NCBI GenBank assembly: GCA_030141605.1
Contig: JAQGDQ010000252.1
Coordinates: 62,001 to 126,000, forward strand
Direction: 5' to 3'
DNA: 64,000 bases
Source of the DNA: Tubiluchus corallicola
Taxonomy: Eukaryota > Animalia > Priapulida
Shown: positions 12,001 to 27,000 of the stretch, in pieces
How the letters are laid out: each line of letters opens with the position of its first letter
Position numbering within the stretch: position 1 is the first letter of the stretch
Program-made: the position numbers and the translations under genes
Notes under the pieces: generated by a model
What the model was told of the DNA's origin: nothing
What the model saw: only the letters and a program-made list of their open reading frames with translations
Database searches by the model: none

Positions 12001-15000
12001 GTTCTTGTCCATTAAAGTTTGCAAATAAGAAATGGTATACCAGCATTTTTTAAATTGCATAACAAAATGGCCACGATTTTTTGTATCTAAAACTTACAAA
12101 TTCGGTCTCAACAAAGTTAGCTTAAAAAGTGTAAACAAATGCAACGTTTGTGATAAAAAACAGATTAAACGGATAAGTAACATACCCCATGCTCACGTAT
12201 TTTGTCTGTTAACCACTTATCCAGCTTCAAGTACTCGCGACGTGATGCCAGACATGCCAAATCAATCACGAATGCAAAAGGAGTTGCATTCAGCAACATA
12301 GATAGAGCCTGTAAGATTTGCCAAATTACCATGAGCAAGCAAATGACACATTTGCACAAGTCTCAAAAACATCAAAGCGCTTAGTTCTTGGACATTAATG
12401 AAAACATTTTTTCCACAAATCAGTTTACATTTTATTTTTTTTTAACATTAAATATACTATATGAAACTAACCTCGACAATTTTGGTAAGGAAAAAAGTAG
12501 GGAGGAAAAAAATCAGACATACAAGGACTAAAAGCGTGTCACTTAATTAAGAGTAGTTTAAAAGTTCAATACCTTGAGATCTTGCGCAACATCTAGAATT
12601 CTAGACAGCCTAGACTGGTCACCATCCCCTCTCATATACCACTCCGCCATGGCATGCATGATCAGCGTGCGAATGGTTGTCGACTGACCCTGTTTTAAAA
12701 GAAATGCCTTCACATCTCTTGTCTTCATTGTATTTGTGAGCACATCAAACCTGGCCCTCCACGAACAATCAAAGCTATTGTCACTTGGAACGGTGGGCTC
12801 CTCCGCACAGTCACGGTTTGACAAGGGGTCGTAATTTAACTGAGGTGGCACATAGTTAAAAAAGTTCCAACTTGGAAATGTAAAATTTTCTCCTGACATA
12901 ATTTACTCTAATAAAGTAGTCCATAAAAAACCCAAAGTTGTTTTTCAAATTATTTCAAAGTCATTAAAACTGAGATATAAATAATAAGAAGTTCGTCACT
13001 ATTCATTAGTCGGCTAAAACATCACCAATCACATCATAAATAATTTTATTAACTTATTTTTTGTTTTTCTATAAAACCACAGACTCTTTAGTTAAGACAG
13101 ATTTAAGAGAACCATTGCTTAGCCCACTGTCTCAGATCATAGTGTTGTCTGTTACATATCCTGCAAACTAGACAAAAGTACAGTACAGAGTAGAGTGTGT
13201 GAGTGAGTGTGGTTTCTGTTGATAAAAGAGACAGGATAGTGTTTCACCTGATTTCAAACATGTACAGGTAAGAAGGTGCAGGTGGTTGACTTGGAAAACT
13301 CAGCTTTATTTAAACCAGACCAGTTATCAAGTGGTGATAGTTTAGAGGATGTATTTGACCTCATTTTCTTAAAACTTTTCCATACTGCTAGCAAAACTGG
13401 TTAGATTTATGCAACATGTTCATGCAATGCTAGCTACATAACTGCAACTGAGCATATAATTCTTTTACCACATTTAACTCATATCCATACATTATATTTA
13501 CATAATAATATTTATAACAAAATTAATATCTATGTTTCTAAAAATATATAGCCTGTTTGTCCTTTTGTATGTGAAAGACTTCGTGCATTTGAATAATTTT
13601 TCTCAAAAAGTAATGTAAATTGATGGAATCATATAAGACTGCTAGTGAAAGTAGGATGAGCGAATCACAACAAAACTAAATGTGAAAATGAAAAAAGAGA
13701 ATAATACTACAGGAACTTCACATTATGAGAAAACAAACAGTGGAATCCCTGCTGAGATCCAATCACATTACCATTACTATCATGACTTGTATACGGAAAC
13801 AAGAAGTGGTGAATAGAGAGTTCAAAAGACGATCAAAGTTTAATCCCGCCACCATAATCATCAATGTACTTTTCCAGTACGAAATAATTCTCAGTTAGAA
13901 CACTGTCAGAAAAAAGCTCTAGTGACTAATACTAGTTACTATCTTAATGCAAATAAGCTAAGCAAACGTAGGTGTACATGAAATCTATTCTTATTACATT
14001 TATTGTTACAGCCATCGTTCGTATGTTAATTACTCTCATTTTTTCACACAGATGATCACTGTTAGGTTAATTACACTTATTATTAAAACAGTTGTGAGTT
14101 AGCTAGAAAACAGTGGATGATTAGAATGCGGGTGTCAATGCTAGAATGGTTAACCTAAAAAGCAAAATTTTAATAGCCAGGTAATTATAACTTTTTCTCC
14201 AAAAAACTGAGAAAGCAGCACTAAAATTACAAAACTAAACATAAATGTAGCATTACAGTCAAACCTCTTTACACTACCCACTTTGGGATAGGAAAAAAGA
14301 TGGCATTATAGCAAGGTCCGCTAAATTTAGCCATAGACAAATCACGCAGCAGTCCAGATTAGAGTACTCAATTATTACACTAAAAATTAATGAATTAACA
14401 GAAAATTATCAAATTAATCATTTGTGATAATGACTCACTCAAAATCAAACATCTTCATCAGAAACATTTTGTTTACGTAAATGTGTATTTTAGAATTGTA
14501 AATTTTTTGTTATTTAAATTATAATGTTCTACAGTATTGCGTTTCCCATCATTTAACTGCCAATTACACACGTCAACGGAATTCAAATTTAAATTGAGAA
14601 CGGTGCCAAAATTAATTTTATTTAATCCTAGCTATTCAAGGGTGGCTGACTAGATAATCTATGGGTTCTTCGCTGCCCTTCTCCTTGCATGTATATTGCA
14701 TGTATTCCTAATACTGTATTTTGATGATTCTTGCGGAGTTAATAAATAACATGAATTGAAATTGAATTGTGTCTTGTAGTCAGTTACATAATAGACTGTA
14801 GGCCTACTGCTCCACTAAATATGTAGATGTAAAAAAAGGTTAAGTCATAACTACAAATTTCTTGCTGAGATATGCTTGAATGATTCAAGCAAATATCACA
14901 TTTCTCATAGCGAAAAAAGAACCATGCGTTTTCTTGTCAGCTACTATTATGACTGCGACTATTATCAGAGCTATCATTCTTTGCTATTGTGATTGTACGA

Positions 15001-18000
15001 AGTACAGCTAGTATACAAGCCCACAACATTCATCACTTTACACGACACGTGACATCTAGTCAGTGTCAGCGCCTCAGCCAAGTGTATAGCAGCCGTGTAC
15101 AGCTGGCATTATATCAAGAAGCTGCTGTTAGTTAGGACTGCTGGCATATTCCCCATTGAATATGTATAATAATTTGCCTGGCAGATAGCAGGTAACAGGA
15201 GCCGGTATAACAGGTTATTTTTATACCCAGTTGAATACAGCTGTTTTGTTCCTGGCCATTTTGCAGGCAGTAAATGAGTTTGGTTGTATAACGAGGTCTG
15301 ACTGAATATTGAAAACAGTAATTCCAGAAGAACTAATAGAATGATTAATCCAATTTAAATTTGATCAGTTAGCAGCGTTAAACCAGAGCTACACATAGTG
15401 TTATACCTAAAGTAAGCAACAAGTCTAAATGAAATTTATTACATTTGTGCTTGACGCCTTTTTTGGGCGACAATCCAGCAAGTGACACGAGGCAAATCAT
15501 TTTTTTTGTCAACTCACACATACATATACACCGTGATGCACTCAGCTCATGCTTCTAAAATATAGTTTGATATCCTTTTATGTATCCACTACCAAGTTAT
15601 ACTAGTCTCCTCCTATTCAATTACAATTACCTAAAACTACAAGAATACAGCTTCACAATAGCCCTGATGTAGTAAAATAAGAACACATAATCGGCAGGGT
15701 AGAGTATTGGAACATACAGTAACCATATGCATAGTTAATGGCTTGCATTGCACAGAATGTAATAATTTGAGCAAAATTACACGTACCTGACAATGCCATG
15801 CATTATGAAGAATAATGGCAGAATTAGCATGGTTTCCCAAAAACACTGTCATCATTAAACTCACTACGAGCTCCTTAGCCAGATGATTCACAGGCATCTA
15901 TAATGAAATGTTACAGCAAAATGACCATATGAACACATAGGCTAAAGGGAAAATTTATGAACTCTAAATTTTGCAATTGTAAGGCATAATGGATCACAAT
16001 TTTCCATTCTGTATTACTAGAACATCAAGTATACAAGCATGGCAAAATAGTAATTGCAGGCCACATCACCAAGAGATCTACAAATAAAACATACAGAGAG
16101 TATCTTAGCTCAGTTAGAGCCTAACTATGCCTGTTAATACATCAAGTTCCATTTTCTGTATCTATAATGCGATGGTATGAAGCCTACAAAGGCATTATAC
16201 CACATTAAATTTAAAATGTCTTTGCTGTAAAATGCCAGGGATGAAAAATTATAATAAAAAAAAACAAAGAAATATATGTAAATAATGTACAACAGGTCAG
16301 CACTTGTCAAAGTGTACTACATTAAGCCCTCACTTAGCGACACTAATGCGTTAGAGCAAAATGCATTGCTAAGTGAAATGTTGCTAAACGAAACAATGCT
16401 TTCCATTAAGGCCATTCAGCTGCATTAAAGGAGCAAAGATCAACAATCCTTGGATATGTAAAAGCATTTGGTTGCTTGCAGCAGAACAAAATTGACTGAA
16501 GAATGGCTATGTAAAAGTATTTATTTTTGTTGCAGGAGAAAAATAAATAATGCTTGGTTCATGACTTTATAGGGTTTACTGCTTACAATTCTACATTCAC
16601 CATATGCTTAATTAAAAAACTAATGAGTAACTAAAGTATGAAAACTAAAATTTAAATTTAGGTCCTTCCTCCACTGGTTACTCTCTTTGACACATTTTTT
16701 CCTCCCATTCTTTCTCCTTTCATTTTTTTTCATAAAAATCTAGGGTTGGCTGTTTAGATTTTTTCAACATGCACTTTCTCATCACCTTATATCGCATTTG
16801 CTACGTCCTGTCTTACTTTCGAGCTGTGTTCATTATCAGGGTCGTTTTCAATGTTGTCAATGTTGCTAAATACAAATGAGATCAATGTAACAATTAGTTA
16901 TGCAGGATAAGAGTTTTACCAGTCGGAGAAATTTTAGCTAATCGTGGTTTGCCTAGCTGTGTCTCATTGCCTGCTATTAATTTAGTTGGGCAAATTATTA
17001 CTGGTGTGATAAATATATGGTGATCTGTGTTAAGCAGTGGACTTCACTTACAGTGAACAAACACAGTAAACAAGATTTAGTACTTAAAGTAAGGCTAAAA
17101 ACCGTCGTTAAAACGAAATATGCGACGCAAAGTGAAAAAAGCTGTCAGGTAATTAACGTCATAAAACGAAAGAGCGCTAAGCGGGAGTCGTTAATCAAGC
17201 ACTTACTCTACTATTGATGTATATATATAAAATTATGTAAAAAAAACAAACAAAATCTTGTCTTTCAAGTTCCACTGAAACATTGTTAGCAAATCAATTA
17301 TACATACGTTTATTTGCAACAGAGCAAGTATTAACATGTCCGGACAATGCTGCATAGGAAACTTGAACAGTTCTTGTACTTGAGCGTAGTAAAGATCAGA
17401 GAGAAACAACAAGGTTTCTACCATGTCCAAAGATTTCCTACAAATGAAAAATTTAACGCTATCATCACATGCATTGTCATCATTGTGATCCTATCCTGAT
17501 CATCAATGCTGCCACTGCAAATGCGAAATGTCATCACTTTACTTTAAGAAACAGTCTACTAGAGTTTTGGCTCTAAGAGAAAAGAAGTAAGGTAAACAGA
17601 AACTCTATCCAATTTCATTTCTCAGTATTGTAAGCGTTAGCCTTGTTTTCCAAAGAATGAAACAAGTGGACAAATTAGTTCTCATCAAAACATCTAACTT
17701 TGCACCTATGCAAAATACATCAGTAAAATGATATTACTATTTCTTTATTCTTTACTTACCACGTAACAATATCACGATTATCATCATCAGGTGGGGCTTT
17801 CAGAATGTCCAGTGCCACACTGTGGCAGGGATAATCAGCAAAACAGAATACATCCGAGTTTTTCAATGCCTATAATAATAACTCAGAAGATAATTTATCA
17901 AAAGAAAAACACAATTGTGTTACATCATAATGCAAACTTTGTTCTCAAGTTGCAAAGCAGCAAGTTCAAGAAATACTTAAATTAGTGATATGAAAATAAT

Positions 18001-21000
18001 ACAATAATTTAATAAAATTGTTAAAAGCACCAAACAAAGAAGCATGCCAGCTACCAAAATGTGTTTTTGCTAGCAATTACCAAACCGTATACTAACCTGG
18101 AATTTTTAACTTTGGGGTCAAAGTGTACACCCAACAAATTACTAAAAGAACCATCACATACACTCAGAAATATTACACACACTAACGATATTCAAGCTAT
18201 AGCAGCTTGCATCAATATGCTGTTACAGCACTGTTTTATAACATGATTGTTCTACTGGTTTAGTAAGTGTAGTTTTCCAATTCAATAATTCTTATTTGAG
18301 AAGTCTGATCAATAGGCCCAGCGCACTCAAGTACATTCCGTAGATTAAAGAGGGTGCTCCAAAACTTTTAGATGTTATATTTTTGTAATCTTACAACTGA
18401 AGAGAACTGACCTGTCAAAAGTCAGTAGCCGAATATGTAATAGTGTGTGAATTTGTATGGTCTTCAATACATCTTAATTTTCATTTACCTGCTGAAACCA
18501 TGACAGCTGTCCTTCAGTGTTCTTCCAGTGTCGGTACAATAGTTCAATGGGGAATGCCATATCTCGGAGACCACGGAATATAGCTCGTATGATCAGCTTG
18601 AATCCGATCTTGTCTTTTATAACAAATCCGGGATGATCAAATTCAAACACGACCTCCCTCCAATTCATGTGTGGGTTCTAAAATATAAAGCTTTGATTGA
18701 CAAATTTTATTACTTGGGGATGTTGGCTGATGTTAATTAGGACACTGGTGTGTAGTGCAGTGCTGAAAGCAACACACCTTAAACAGTTTCACATAGGGAT
18801 ACAGCAGGCGTCGCTTAATAGACTCATTCACTTAACTGACACAAAAATGCCTGGAACGGGCCGCTTCTATTCAAATATACATAAAAACTATCGGTAATTG
18901 ACTCAAATAACTCCGCATAATCGACTCTATATTTTTGCTTCATCTACTTAAAATAAGATATTTGTATGTGTCCAAAGAGCCTTTCCTACTTTTATGTCAT
19001 CTTTACTTCCCTTTTGTGCATTATGTATACAGAAACAATCAAGTTAAGTACGACTTTCTTTACAAGCAGGTACGTTTATCATGCACTAATACGCTAGCCC
19101 AGCAATTTTGCTTTGAATATGTTAACCGTTCTCCCACTGTTACCCAAAGAATTTTTGGAAGCTAAACATTTAGTCACTTGCCTAGCGGTTTCCTTTTGAT
19201 GCTCTTGTTGCAAATCACACTTTCATGCTTAATGAGTTAACAGTCAAAGATGCAGGTACGGTCATCAGCCGATATTCCTTGTGACTTACAAGAGTAAACA
19301 TCGTACAGCAAATAAGAGCAATGTAAGTGAGCAGAAGATCCAGAACTGTTTTAGTCACGCACAACAACAGATTTTCAACATTTTTATATAATTACGAGAA
19401 CTTTGTGGGCCAACCTCTTCGTTAGAAAATGAAGCAGCCGACTTTGAAGGAATTTTTGTAACTTTTGCAAATAAACAGACTTAGAAAAGTCTGTGATTTA
19501 GAAAACTATACTTTTTAATTTATTGCTAATTCACTTATATAAATTAATATTTTAAAATATTTTTCCTGATTTTTAACTGCACAAAGGAATTTAGGCATTA
19601 CTTCGTTTCTAAAATTCATTAAAAACCTTTGCAGTGCATAGTAAACTGACGACTCATACTTCTATACCCGTAATACTACACCTATCAGTTAATAGGTTCA
19701 GTCGGTTAATTGGGTCAAAACACATCGGTCCCAAAGTGAGTCTATTAAGTGGCGTCTACTGTGCTAATAAATGCTGCTTCGACAGACTCATCTGACACAG
19801 TTCAGCTTGTCCTTACTCGAGTTGTGAACATGTTTACTGAGTGTAAAGAGTAGACAACTATATGAAATCTTAAGTGCAATTTTAAACCAACAATTCTAAA
19901 AATGAATACAAAGAATTTATTAATGTTACAGATCACAAATCAAATGTTATTGACGAATGGCTAGTAGTGAAAATTGTAAGATCTTTCACCATACACTAAA
20001 ACAAACCAAATTTGCTTTGTATGAGCCCAGTCTTTCAAAATTTTGCTTCATACATAACTAAAACTAACAAACAGTATGAACACTTTATAAAAGAACTTGC
20101 AAACAGTTTAAAATAGACAGTCATAAGTCAGAAAATAAGTTTCGAACTCATTAAAACTTAGTAGCCACATCTGTTCTAACTATTGAAACAAAATGAGCTA
20201 TGTCGTACAACAAAAAATATTGTCAACACAAACAGGATAATATGATTCAGCTAGTGTCGTGAACAGTCAGTGAGATTAGTGTACATAAACACTGCAAGTA
20301 AGTCCTTTTTTATTAGAGACATAACTATTTTTTCACTTACAATCTCTTGCACAACTTGAACAAACACATCCACATTCCAAGTATTAAGTTGATTTCCATC
20401 CACCTTATCCTTATTATCACTCCAGATTCCAGCAGACGTTGTGACCTGTACAGGCACTGGGTCTCCCAATCCTGCAAATCGCAATTATGTTGCGGAATAT
20501 CAAAGGTGGCGATATGCACTTTAAAATATAGCAATACCATGTTAGTCTTTACAGGATGAATTCACCAAAGTAAAATGAATGATTCCAAGCACATGCGTTA
20601 ACACTGCACTCATTCCCCGAAAAAATTACAATGGAAAATACTGGCTGTACTGAACAAGGTTTCCAATCTCGAGGTACTTTATAATCCTACCCATTACGAA
20701 ATTACCTCAATTTCTAATTACGACTGGGAGCTCAAGATTTTCGGAATTCAATTCAATGATTTCAAATGAAAAAATTAGGATTCAATTTATACTCACGGCA
20801 GTTTGAACTCACTTTATTAAAAAGCTGTTGATAATCAAATACCGAATGAAATAATCCCATTAATAAATATTATTACTAACAATAAATTGTTTCTTTTGTT
20901 TGATAACAGTGACTTGTATTCTTTTCATTTCGCAACTCTGTATACATGAGTGACTAAGGTAACGCGCATAAGTTTCTAGTGAAACAGCATGATGCTAACC

Positions 21001-24000
21001 AGTGTTTCCATCCATAAAAGATTTTACATCTTGCTGTGAAATTGGTGGTCATTTATTTCAACGAGAGGAAAATTGAAAAAAAGGAGAATTTTTATTAGTT
21101 TACCTATAATATATATTAGTGTTTTTTGAACTGTAAACACTAAAAGACTGAATCTCAAATAACCAAACATCATGCCTGGAAATCACGAAACACCCTGACT
21201 GAGGTTTCCAATCCCAATCTCGTTAAAAAGGGCAAGGAATTCCAGGATTGGAAACTCTAGTATGAGCTACTAGTAATAGTAATACCAGTAATAGTAATGC
21301 TAAGGATGTAAATTGTTTCTCTCAAATTTCTCACAGCAATGTGAGATTTCCGTGGGCTTCTGTGACAAACTACAGTCAAGATTAGCTAGACAGACCTTAC
21401 TAGACCAGTTGCCCCAATGAGATCGAGATACTTTGAGACTACTACAAAAATGTGTTTTCTGCATTATGTGTTAGTAATTTTGTTAGCTGACACCTACTAA
21501 TAAGGCATTTAATCGTTTGGTTAGGACTAGTGTTTATTGCATTCACCTGAGCAGTGAGCATATTACCCACAGATTTTTGTTATATATGACGTTTTAAAAA
21601 ATTGTAATCTGCATGAATTGAACACCAAAACTTATAGGCTCCAAGCTTGAATGATGCTCTACCTCCATGAAAGGGATCAACTTCCTACATTACTCAAGGG
21701 CCGAGAAAAAGTGGTGACAGACAGACTGATGGAACCAATAATTACGGGTAGTTGTAAAAAACTTGTATCATCATATCAGATCCAAATACAGGCAGTACTC
21801 AAATGAACAACAACTGTGGAAACAAAATTGACTGACTTTTGTTAATCTCATTTACTTTACATGATTGCCACCTAAATTTACAACTAAACGAGTATACTCA
21901 ATTTAATACAAAATGTTCCTTAATTTTAGTTTAGTGAAGTCACATAAAATACATTTCATTGAATTTGACTAGACTGCGAAGTAGTTGATACTTGATACTA
22001 TCTCTATAAAGAGATTGTACATTACTTGTGCACATCTATCATTAAAACATGTTTGTCCATCTAGTAGCCATATACACAAGATTAGCCGTGTAAGCTTATA
22101 GAGTACCTTTACCTTTTTCCTGGTCTCTAGCATGTTTGCTATAACGATGTTATACTCCAATACAAAAATCAAATATATACTAATTGATCCAAAAATGAAT
22201 AGAGTTCAAAGCTAGAATGACACCCGAGCTCTGTGCGAGGTATCAACTTTCTAGATTACTTCAACACTGAGAGTTGTGTAATCACGGTAATCACTCATGT
22301 AAAGTGGTGGTAGGCGGTCAGACAGATGGAAGTGATAATGCGATATTCATTGGAGTATTCAGGCAATACTCCAGAGTCGAGAAAACATAGCCAGACAGGC
22401 GGAGAGACATACGGGACTGATAGTTCAATAGTTGCCCACTTTGTTGGGGCGACATCTTGAAGAGGCAGCGCATCGTTCAAACTCGGAGCCTAGTAATTTT
22501 TGTATCAGTATGCACAGATTTGAATTTTGTACAGTTGCCCAGGGAAATTATAAAAATGTAAATTCCGAATGCACGAAAAAGTGGCACCAAAAACCATGAA
22601 AGTATTACTCATGACCTCTGGAGGTTGCCCTAAGCAGCAAAGTTTGAAGACTAACACAATCTCACCAAACACAAAAATAGATTTTCTTTAAAAAAAACAA
22701 GCTTAATTTGTATGGGAACATAAACAGATAATTGTGTTTAATACTTTTGCACTTTGGTGCAATATATTTTGCCACTAGTTATAGAACATTTCTCTTTAGC
22801 ACAAAATTTATTTGATTTTGTATGTCACACAAACCTGTGTGGGTGCGGGCCATGGCTCCTAAGACTCTCGCCACAGATGCAGGCATCACATCTCGAATCC
22901 CAAATTGTAACAGACTGCTGCGACATTCATCTATGTTGGCAGTAAAATTGTAACCCACTTCAAGTATTAGATCTGCTAGATTGCCATCCATCTACAGATG
23001 AATAATTTAAAAACATAGTTTTATTAGGTGACTGCATTTGAAGTTAAGGTGCCCAAATAATAAATCTCTTGATAAAGGTTCTATATTTTTTTTTAGGCTG
23101 TCGTTCACATTTTACAAACTTGTCTTAATTTGTATTGGCCACATAAATTCACGCATAAATTTACACGCCTCATTTTCCATGAACCTTTTCAGGATATTTT
23201 GACACGACAACAAAAAACAGAATTCTTACATAAAAAAAAACTAAAAAAATTTGGTTGAAATTTTGTTCTAATACTCGGAGTATGTATTACCAGTAACGTT
23301 GCATAAAATTTGTAAATTTAAATTCCTACTCTGACAGTTAGGCACAGTCATTTTAACAGTAAGTAGTTGAATAAGTAACCAGAGCATTCATAGTGCACAC
23401 TTTACTAGCCAAGCAAAAGTATAAAATACTTTATCTTGTTAATAAGATTAATAACATGTTTTTGGTGAACCAGTAACATTTTTGATGCACACTGGGATAG
23501 TGAACCAGTGACATTTTATTAGTTGGTACAAACATGTTTTTAATTATTAAGAGATATACAAGTGATATGACTTTATATGGAAAGTTTTTTGACTTTAACA
23601 TTACCTTTTCTCATTCACACGAATACAGAAACTTTATTCAATGCCCGTTTCATATTTTTACTTTTTTCCAGCAAGTGAATTTAGGGCAACTTATCTGAGC
23701 AAACTAAACTATGGGAAGAACAGCATGTTAATATGCACTGTTTTCGGTGAATAATGCATATTGTCTTTGCAAGAACATATTATGAATTTTGTTTAGGTGA
23801 GACAAGAGAGGATTGATTCGAAGGCCCTCAAAGTAACTTCATAAGTTCACATGCTTCTGGGTGTTTATCCATTGTACAGCAGTAGAATGCCAGCACTAGA
23901 TCTACTATCTCTTATGTCACCTAAATTGTTTATCACAGTTCTCGTGAATACACTTTTCTGATTTGTGAATCTAAACAGGTTTTTTATGGTTAAAAATATT

Positions 24001-27000
24001 TGTAAAATAAATTTTATATATTTTCGAAGTACTTCATGAAATCAAGTTTGTTAACTGGCTTTAATTTACTGAATGATGCTAAACATTTCTCGAGACAGCC
24101 TCGAGACAAAACTGACAAAACACAAGATCAAGACAGAACACCAGAGTTCATATTCTGATTTGTCAACAAAATTTCAACAACACTTTTGACTATAAACCAC
24201 TAGACCAGAAACATTATTAAACAACTATTAAAGAAATGCAGTAAGACTCACCAGTGTTCTTGACATACTACTACATTCAGCTACGACTTTGTCAACAGTT
24301 ACGTCCAAAATACCTGGATATAGCAACGGCGCAAGAATGACAGGTACTCGATCTTGAGGAAAATCTGTGATTCACATAATAAGTTATAGAAAGCACAAAA
24401 AATTAATAAACTCAAGCCAAATTCAGTATACACATCAAACTTAGTCTGAAAGAAACTTGTTCAAATGGTATTTGATTCTGACATGTGGATTACCTTTCCG
24501 CAGAGTATTAAGAAATACTTCTAGCTGCTCAAAACCAATTCCAAAATGATCTTGTGAATTACGTATCAGGTTCTGCAATATGAGATGTAGCACCTCTATA
24601 GGCGTATCTCCAAGTCCACTTTCTTGACTACTGGTTGTTTCTAAAAAAAGTGACAGGATTCATAACATGACAATGTAGAATTCTTCTTCTTCACAGTTTA
24701 ACAGTAGAATACTCTGATCAGTACTATGTACTAAATAGGAATATAAACAGTAAGTGAACTAATGAAAAAATGATGTATAGTTACCGGTATCAATAAATGC
24801 TCTTAGCAAATCTGGCAACTTATGCCTCACAAACTGAGCAGCGTACGTTCGCAAATCACTATTGGACGACTGTAATAATGCCAAAGCAAATGTGACGTCC
24901 TGCACTCGGTTAAGCTTGAGAGTTTTGCTAATAAAATGAAGGAGCTGCGGGCTTGGTTTTAAAGTCTAAAAAAGAATTAAAAAAGTTATTTATAAACATC
25001 AGTTTATGTTTTTTTACCTATTTACCAGCCTGTCTAGAATTCAGAAATTGAAGCTTATTCTGGTGCAGCTGCTGTACCAGGATTTCTGTTCAGTCCCGAC
25101 AGAAACCACAAACACCTTTTGACATGTATTAAATTCGACAGTACATCTTGTGCTTCTAACAAGAACTTTACTCATTGAATTTTCAATATTTAATGCGCAG
25201 CACTAGTAAATGACTCATTACTATCACATTTTCACAAGCAGCAGCATGTGCTTTCTGCAGCATTTGGCATGACTCAACACCTTCCTCTATAAAAAGCCAG
25301 TATACTGTGTGTAAGATATTCTTGTGGTTAAGATGGCCGTTTGCTGTTTTAATAGCATTTTAAGTGTAATTTTTTATGATTATGTCTCCCTCTGTTCTTT
25401 TAACAGATGCCGTTTTTGTTCAAACGACGTTACAATATAATTTAATTTGATTAACTGACTGTGATGTACACAGCCTACACGTACGCTTAAAAACTTTATA
25501 ACTTCACTATTACCTTTTTATTATAATGTTTCACCACATTAATAACTAATCACATTTTTGCACCTGTTAGTTCGTAGCAGATAGATGACTTCTTTAGTTA
25601 ACTGTTTTAGTTTAACAAAATGATATACAAACAATTAAAACGTGTAAGATGTAACGAAAGCGCTTGTTTGTTTCTTAGTTGATGTACTGTCATATTTGTT
25701 TGGTACTAGCCTATTACTGTATATAAAGTTGCTGTTAAATCGTTGTACCGTAGAGCTTAGGTTTTACCTAAACGTACCCAACAGATTATGCTGAATTCTG
25801 CCTTCTGATTGATCAATTTGTAAAAGATCGAATTGCTTTGCTGCATTCGTGTTCACATGAAAATGTTACCTATCGTTATGGGGTTGGTCTGGCAAGATGT
25901 ACTGACATTTTTCGTTATCTTACCAATTATTGTAGTTGCTTACTTTAGATTATTTTCAAGCACTTCAAGTCTTTTACATTTTATATTTTCAAGCTCACAT
26001 TGAGCACATCACGTTACACGATTATTGTCCCAAGACAAAGGATATACAGCAATGACACATTTTTATACCTTCTGGTGTTGAAGTGGATTTTCAATAGCAA
26101 AGCACAAACTAGTAACAAAATTCTGCTTAGTTGTTAGAGATTCACACTGCTCAATCAAGAACTGAATCTGAAAGTCATAAATAAAAAATTAAAAAAGGAG
26201 CTTGCATTAAAACACTTTGCATTAACATTACATAATGTACAACATGCACTACCACATGTATGCATTCAAGATAAATGTAATATAGAAACGAGAAATTGAC
26301 ATTAAAACCATCTCTTTTCATGGCAGGTGAACATAATTAGAAACTATTACTTAACTAGAAATATTGTAACAAAACTGCAATATAAGTGAATAACCTACCT
26401 GATTGATATCCTTGCCGCTATTTTTCACATCACCACTAAAATCAATGTAAGAGAACAAACACCGAAGCAGATGTTTCTCTGCTTCCACACCGTGCTGTGC
26501 TATAAGCTGAAAAATGTTAAAATGTGTAGCAAAAATCCTTTATTTTCAGCACTGATGAAAAGCAAATGAAAAAAACAGGAAGGGCTTATCTCTACCCATT
26601 TCCATTACTAAATTCGTAAAAGCTGTTTGAGGGTGCACTTAAATTAGTTATGTATAGATTTTTTTCTGATCAATATCGTGGCAGTGACAACCCAAAAAGA
26701 AAAGAAGTCTGGAGGGGTTTAACTGAAATGATCAGAAACAGAGTGATGAAGAGAGGAGAGAGAGTGGAGAGACAAAGACAGAGAGAGGGAGATGGAAAGT
26801 AAAGGAAGTGAAAAAGAAAACAGGTGGGCAAGAATAATGGAATTTAAGATACCAACAATTGCTGAACTGACAAAAAGAACAGAAAAGGTAAAATGGTTGT
26901 TGAAAAAAAATTGGTCCTGGTCCCATACTGATTCCAAATCGAAAAAATGGAAACTGGTCCACTTATCACCTAGTCAGAGTACAGAAATTTAAAAATTCAT

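Noticed and set aside
14960-15040. Second C/D-like box pair on the minus strand
   Set aside because: It lies inside the MITE at 14256-15304 and has no terminal stem.
22295-22480. ORF '[12 protein letters not shown]…' as a possible alternative or mutually exclusive CNOT1 exon (superficially like GLTDGIPLQ)
   Set aside because: No AG acceptor exists in the required phase 1 for that frame, and the nearby TAG acceptor leads to a stop. Exon 20341-20471 already supplies this segment.
26719-26992. Overlapping hydrophobic or Lys-rich ORFs in CNOT1 intron 1
   Set aside because: They arise from a purine/pyrimidine-skewed low-complexity tract, with no splice or protein-family support.
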